From NCBI GenBank assembly GCA_021777565.1, contig JAJYDJ010000002.1:69082-133081 (forward strand): DNA of 64,000 nt. Direction: 5' to 3'. The notes under the pieces are model-generated. The model saw only the letters and a program-made list of their open reading frames with translations, ran no database searches and was not told the origin of the DNA. Source of the DNA: a bacterium (lineage in GTDB: Bacteria; Patescibacteriota; Microgenomatia; Levybacterales; UBA12049). Numbering within the stretch: position 1 is the first letter of the stretch; the number at the start of each line of letters is the position of its first letter. The translations under genes were made by a program, and so were the position numbers. Shown here one piece after another: positions 59,434 to 64,000 of the stretch.

Positions 59434-60302
59434 AGCGCTAAAAGAAGAATACCTCCAACTGTTATAAGTGCTCCGACAATTCCAGTTCCAATAATAATCT
59501 CAGATGGTCCGGTACTCGGAAGTTGTTTGGTCCCTGTTGGAGACGGGGTTGCAACTGATTTTGTCGGTGTCGCTGACGTCGACGAGGATGGCGTAACGGT
59601 TACACCACCGCCAGTACCACCACCAGTACCTCCACCCGTTCCTCCGCCACCGCTTGTGGGTTGTGTTGGGACTGGTGTCTCAGTTGGTGTTGGTGCACCG
59701 GTTGGTCCTGGTGTCGGAGTTGGGACAGGGAGAATTGTAATGCTTGCATCATTTGCACTAGCGAGTACATTCTCTGCAGGTTGATCAGAACTTGCGATAG
59801 AGAGAATTTGGGTATTACTCTGATCAAATCGCAGAATTGGTGTGAGATTAGTATCTGTTGGCGAGGCTGCGGTGAAGTTAAGGTTGCCAATCAGGATCTG
59901 ACTTGAACCAGTGAGTGGTCGTCCGGTTGCGCCGATAGACATAGTGACCTTTACTTCACAGATATTTGACTGGCATGAGACCGTTGGGCCATCAAGAGTG
60001 GTAGGAAGTTGTGCTTGATAATCCGTCAAGACTGATGCAGAACTTGCTACCGATAGCTTGTCACTATCATAGGTAATGCCTAATCGAACAAAAGAAACAA
60101 CGTTGTTGTTTGGCGTTACATAGATCCCTACACGCACAGTATCACCCACATAAAACTGCTTCGTTAGTCCAAAAGAGAGAGTAGTAGATTTGGCAGCACC
60201 AATTTGACGCGACGTCTGTTGTTGCAAGAACATAATAGTGACGGGGACGGCAAGAAGTACTAGGAGGAATCCACCAAGCAAAAATAGTCTACCACGTGAC
60301 AT
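59430..60302 (-). CDS. Surface protein with cohesin-like domain, P/T- and Gly-rich linker, C-terminal LPSTG + TM
   Basis: 'VGDTVRVGIYV...ITYDSDKL...IGNLNFTA', PTPTP, GGGT repeats, 'LPSTGP' followed by a hydrophobic end. Confidence 0.78.
   Translation of the reverse strand: MSRGRLFLLGGFLLVLLAVPVTIMFLQQQTSRQIGAAKSTTLSFGLTKQFYVGDTVRVGIYVTPNNNVVSFVRLGITYDSDKLSVASSASVLTDYQAQLPTTLDGPTVSCQSNICEVKVTMSIGATGRPLTGSSQILIGNLNFTAASPTDTNLTPILRFDQSNTQILSIASSDQPAENVLASANDASITILPVPTPTPGPTGAPTPTETPVPTQPTSGGGGTGGGTGGGTGGGVTVTPSSSTSATPTKSVATPSPTGTKQLPSTGPSEIIIGTGIVGALITVGGILLLAL
59603..59652 (-). repeat. Imperfect 12-bp tandem repeat encoding (GGGT)n
   Basis: Plus strand accaccgccagt / accaccaccagt / acctccacccgt; protein GGGGTGGGTGGGTGGG. 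Confidence 0.6.
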
Positions 60303-60308
60303 ACATCC

Positions 60309-60337
60309 ATCGTATGAGATATATATAGTACTGTCAA
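60309..60337 (-). promoter_or_regulatory. Leaderless sigma70 promoter of the cohesin/LPSTG gene
   Basis: Minus strand TTGACA, 17 nt, TACGAT, 6 nt, ATG. Confidence 0.75.
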
Positions 60338-60384
60338 GGAAGTGAGGCCGTTTTGAAACTTAATAGAAAAGAGACTGAGGGTAG

Positions 60385-60413
60385 TTGACCTCAAAATCTC
60401 TTTTGAGTATAAT
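60385..60413 (+). promoter_or_regulatory. groESL promoter with palindromic spacer
   Basis: TTGACC, 17 nt, TATAAT. CTCAAAA-TCTC-TTTTGAG spans 60390-60407. Confidence 0.75.
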
Positions 60414-60439
60414 TTGAGCAGTCTTCAATAAATTTTACT

Positions 60440-60727
60440 ATGACTGTAACACCACTTTTTGATAATGTTTTAATTGAGCCGCTAGAGAGCGAAACTCAGA
60501 CCGCATCTGGACTCTATTTGCCTGACAACGCTAAAGAAAAACCTCAGATGGGTAAAGTTGTCGCTGTTGGGAAAGGGAAAGTACATCCTGATGGGAAAGT
60601 AACTGCTATGGTCGTCACCGTTGGTCAGACTGTTGTGTACAAGCAGTGGGGTGGCACCGAGGTAAAAGTCGATGGAAAAGATATGAAACTGGTAAGTCAG
60701 GAGGATATCCTGGCAGTCGTTGCATAA
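60440..60727 (+). CDS. groES: Co-chaperonin GroES
   Basis: 'PLFDNVLI', 'TASGLYLPD.AKEKP', 'EDILAV'. Confidence 0.97.
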   Translation: MTVTPLFDNVLIEPLESETQTASGLYLPDNAKEKPQMGKVVAVGKGKVHPDGKVTAMVVTVGQTVVYKQWGGTEVKVDGKDMKLVSQEDILAVVA

Positions 60728-62371
<1,644 letters not shown>

Positions 62372-62394
62372 ATTATACCTGCTATACTTACTTC

Positions 62395-63249
62395 ATGCCT
62401 CTGTGGTTACTTTTTACGCTGTTAAGTATCTTAGGTTGGTCCTTTGGTGAGTTTTTTGCCAAGAAGGGGTTTGATGATGTCACGCCTGTCTGGACAAATA
62501 TCATCGCTTGCTGGCTGGGATTTTTGGTATATCTTCCGATTATTTTCATTTTTGGCAGGTCTTCACTGGTTCCGATAAATGGAGTAAATATTGTGTTCAT
62601 TACTATCGCGTGCATATGCTATCTGAGTTATTTTTATGCTCTTTCTAAAGGCAAGCTTGCCCTTACTACAACAGTGCTTTCAACCTACCCTTTGGTGACC
62701 ATCGTTTGTGCACAGCTTTTCTTGCATGAGCACGTCACCTTGCCTCAGACGATTGGTATTGGTCTTATTCTCGTAAGTGTCGTGGCACTTGGTATACAAG
62801 AGGCTTTACTCCAAAAAGAACGATTTGTCTGGGGGAACTGGCTTCTATGGGGATTTTTTGCTGCATTTCTCAACGGGATCGCAGACTTTCTTAATAAAGT
62901 GGTGATAAATCAAGTTGGCGCGTTTTCTCAGTCACTTGCATTTATTCTCATTATCCAGTTTGTATGTCTTGGGAATTACCTCTGGGACAAAAAGGGAAGG
63001 AAGCTTCCAAAATTGAACCTGAGACACCTCTTCCCGACACTTGTTGGAGGATTGCTTGTTGCTGCTGGCACTATGGCCATGCTTTTTGCCTTCCAATATG
63101 GACCGGCTACCGTCGTAGCTCCGGCAACTTCGGCATATGTTGTCGTCACGATCCTTTTGTCTTTTATTTTCTTGAAAGAGAAGGTAAGTTCTATACAGTT
63201 TTTGCTTATGGTGACGACCCTTTTAGGGGTGTTCTTACTAAGTCGATAA
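62395..63249 (+). CDS. EamA/DMT-family transporter
   Basis: 10 TM in two repeats ending 'FLHEHVT' and 'FLKEKVS'. Confidence 0.9.
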   Translation: MPLWLLFTLLSILGWSFGEFFAKKGFDDVTPVWTNIIACWLGFLVYLPIIFIFGRSSLVPINGVNIVFITIACICYLSYFYALSKGKLALTTTVLSTYPLVTIVCAQLFLHEHVTLPQTIGIGLILVSVVALGIQEALLQKERFVWGNWLLWGFFAAFLNGIADFLNKVVINQVGAFSQSLAFILIIQFVCLGNYLWDKKGRKLPKLNLRHLFPTLVGGLLVAAGTMAMLFAFQYGPATVVAPATSAYVVVTILLSFIFLKEKVSSIQFLLMVTTLLGVFLLSR

Positions 63250-63290
63250 CAAGCTTGTTTTCAGGCACAGTTATGCTATACTGGTGACGA

Positions 63291-64000
63291 ATGAAAACCA
63301 TAATCGCGCGAGTAAGAGAACATGCCCGTGACGTCCTCAAGGATTCTTCAGACATACTGACCTTGGATACAAAAGCAATTGATACCAATCTTATCCCACG
63401 ACTTGAAGAGCTCCACAAGGTGTGGACAAAGCTTCCTTTTACCAGAGGCCATCGACCGTTTGACCAGGACCTTGGACTTGTCGTGTTTTACAACGTCATG
63501 AATTTTTGTTTTCAGGACCCAAAAACCAAACATGAATATACCTACACTACCCAAGCAGGGAAAAAGTTGACACGCTCAACAGCCTTTTTTGATGCTCTTT
63601 CCGAGGCACCTGTTGACTGGAACGATCCAAAAGCAGTGCGCCGCATAACTCTTGAGAAATGGATGAAATGGACACAGCAATCAGATAAGAATGTGTTATA
63701 TATGGGCAAAGAGCGTCTAGAAAAGGCAATAGGATTTGCCAACTTTCTTATAGAAAAAGGATATCCATCAGTGGTTGCTTTTGTTGAGGCCGATCAACTG
63801 GATGCACAAAACATGATATATGCCTTTATCGAAAGTGGATACTACGGAGATGAGTTCCTAAAGCGTGCGCAGCTTACTATTCGTTCGATTAATGAAATTA
63901 TGATTGCGCACAGGCACCTCCATATCAAAAGAGTGGAGCTTTTAACCTGTATGGCAGACTATCGTCTTCCACAGGTGTTTTATAATACCGGCGTTGTCCT
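63291..64000 (+). CDS. Queuosine salvage hydrolase Qng1/DUF2419-like (3' partial; missing from the ORF track)
   Basis: Hand translation from ATG 63291 (MKTIIARVRE...) is open to the window end and contains 'NVMNFCF', 'ERL', 'DEFLKRAQL', 'LTCMADYRLPQV'. TGCTATACT lies upstream. Confidence 0.78.
   Translation, partial: MKTIIARVREHARDVLKDSSDILTLDTKAIDTNLIPRLEELHKVWTKLPFTRGHRPFDQDLGLVVFYNVMNFCFQDPKTKHEYTYTTQAGKKLTRSTAFFDALSEAPVDWNDPKAVRRITLEKWMKWTQQSDKNVLYMGKERLEKAIGFANFLIEKGYPSVVAFVEADQLDAQNMIYAFIESGYYGDEFLKRAQLTIRSINEIMIAHRHLHIKRVELLTCMADYRLPQVFYNTGVV

Noticed and set aside
60414-60441. CIRCE element before groES
   Set aside because: TGAGCAGTC resembles a left arm, but there is no matching right arm.

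Overview
Chromosomal, origin-proximal segment of a small-genome bacterium. Gene content points to Patescibacteria/CPR, probably Microgenomates: short ValS and TpiA, CPR-type T4SS pilins, DUF4012, DUF2298. This taxonomic call is an inference. From left to right: (1) an AT-rich VirB6-like / 4x VirB2-type pilin / PrgI / split-VirB4 cluster converging on dnaN; (2) oriC between dnaN and dnaA, with DnaA boxes and DnaA-trios; (3) rpmH-rnpA-yidD-yidC-jag; (4) housekeeping genes (rnhA, nth, pgk, fba, valS, rplY, ruvCAB, comM, glmS-yvcK, dnaG, rpoD, sodN-sodX, pcrA, tpiA, LCP); (5) a ~12.8 kb minus-strand run linking pilN/pilO, an LPSTG-anchored Ig-like protein, an FAD oxidoreductase, three GT-C transferases, an epimerase, a HAD protein and DUF2298; (6) rpsT, murJ, lepA, a second LPSTG protein, groES/groEL, and an EamA transporter next to a truncated queuosine-salvage (Qng1/DUF2419) gene. 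Main non-obvious signals: a second DnaA-box cluster ~11 kb from oriC, about 16 promoters with a -10 box exactly 6 nt before ATG (leaderless mRNAs), tail-less LPSTGP sorting signals, and the pilus/glycosylation and Q-salvage linkages. No rRNA, tRNA, CRISPR array, integrase or transposase was recognised. All calls come from reading motifs by eye; no searches were run.
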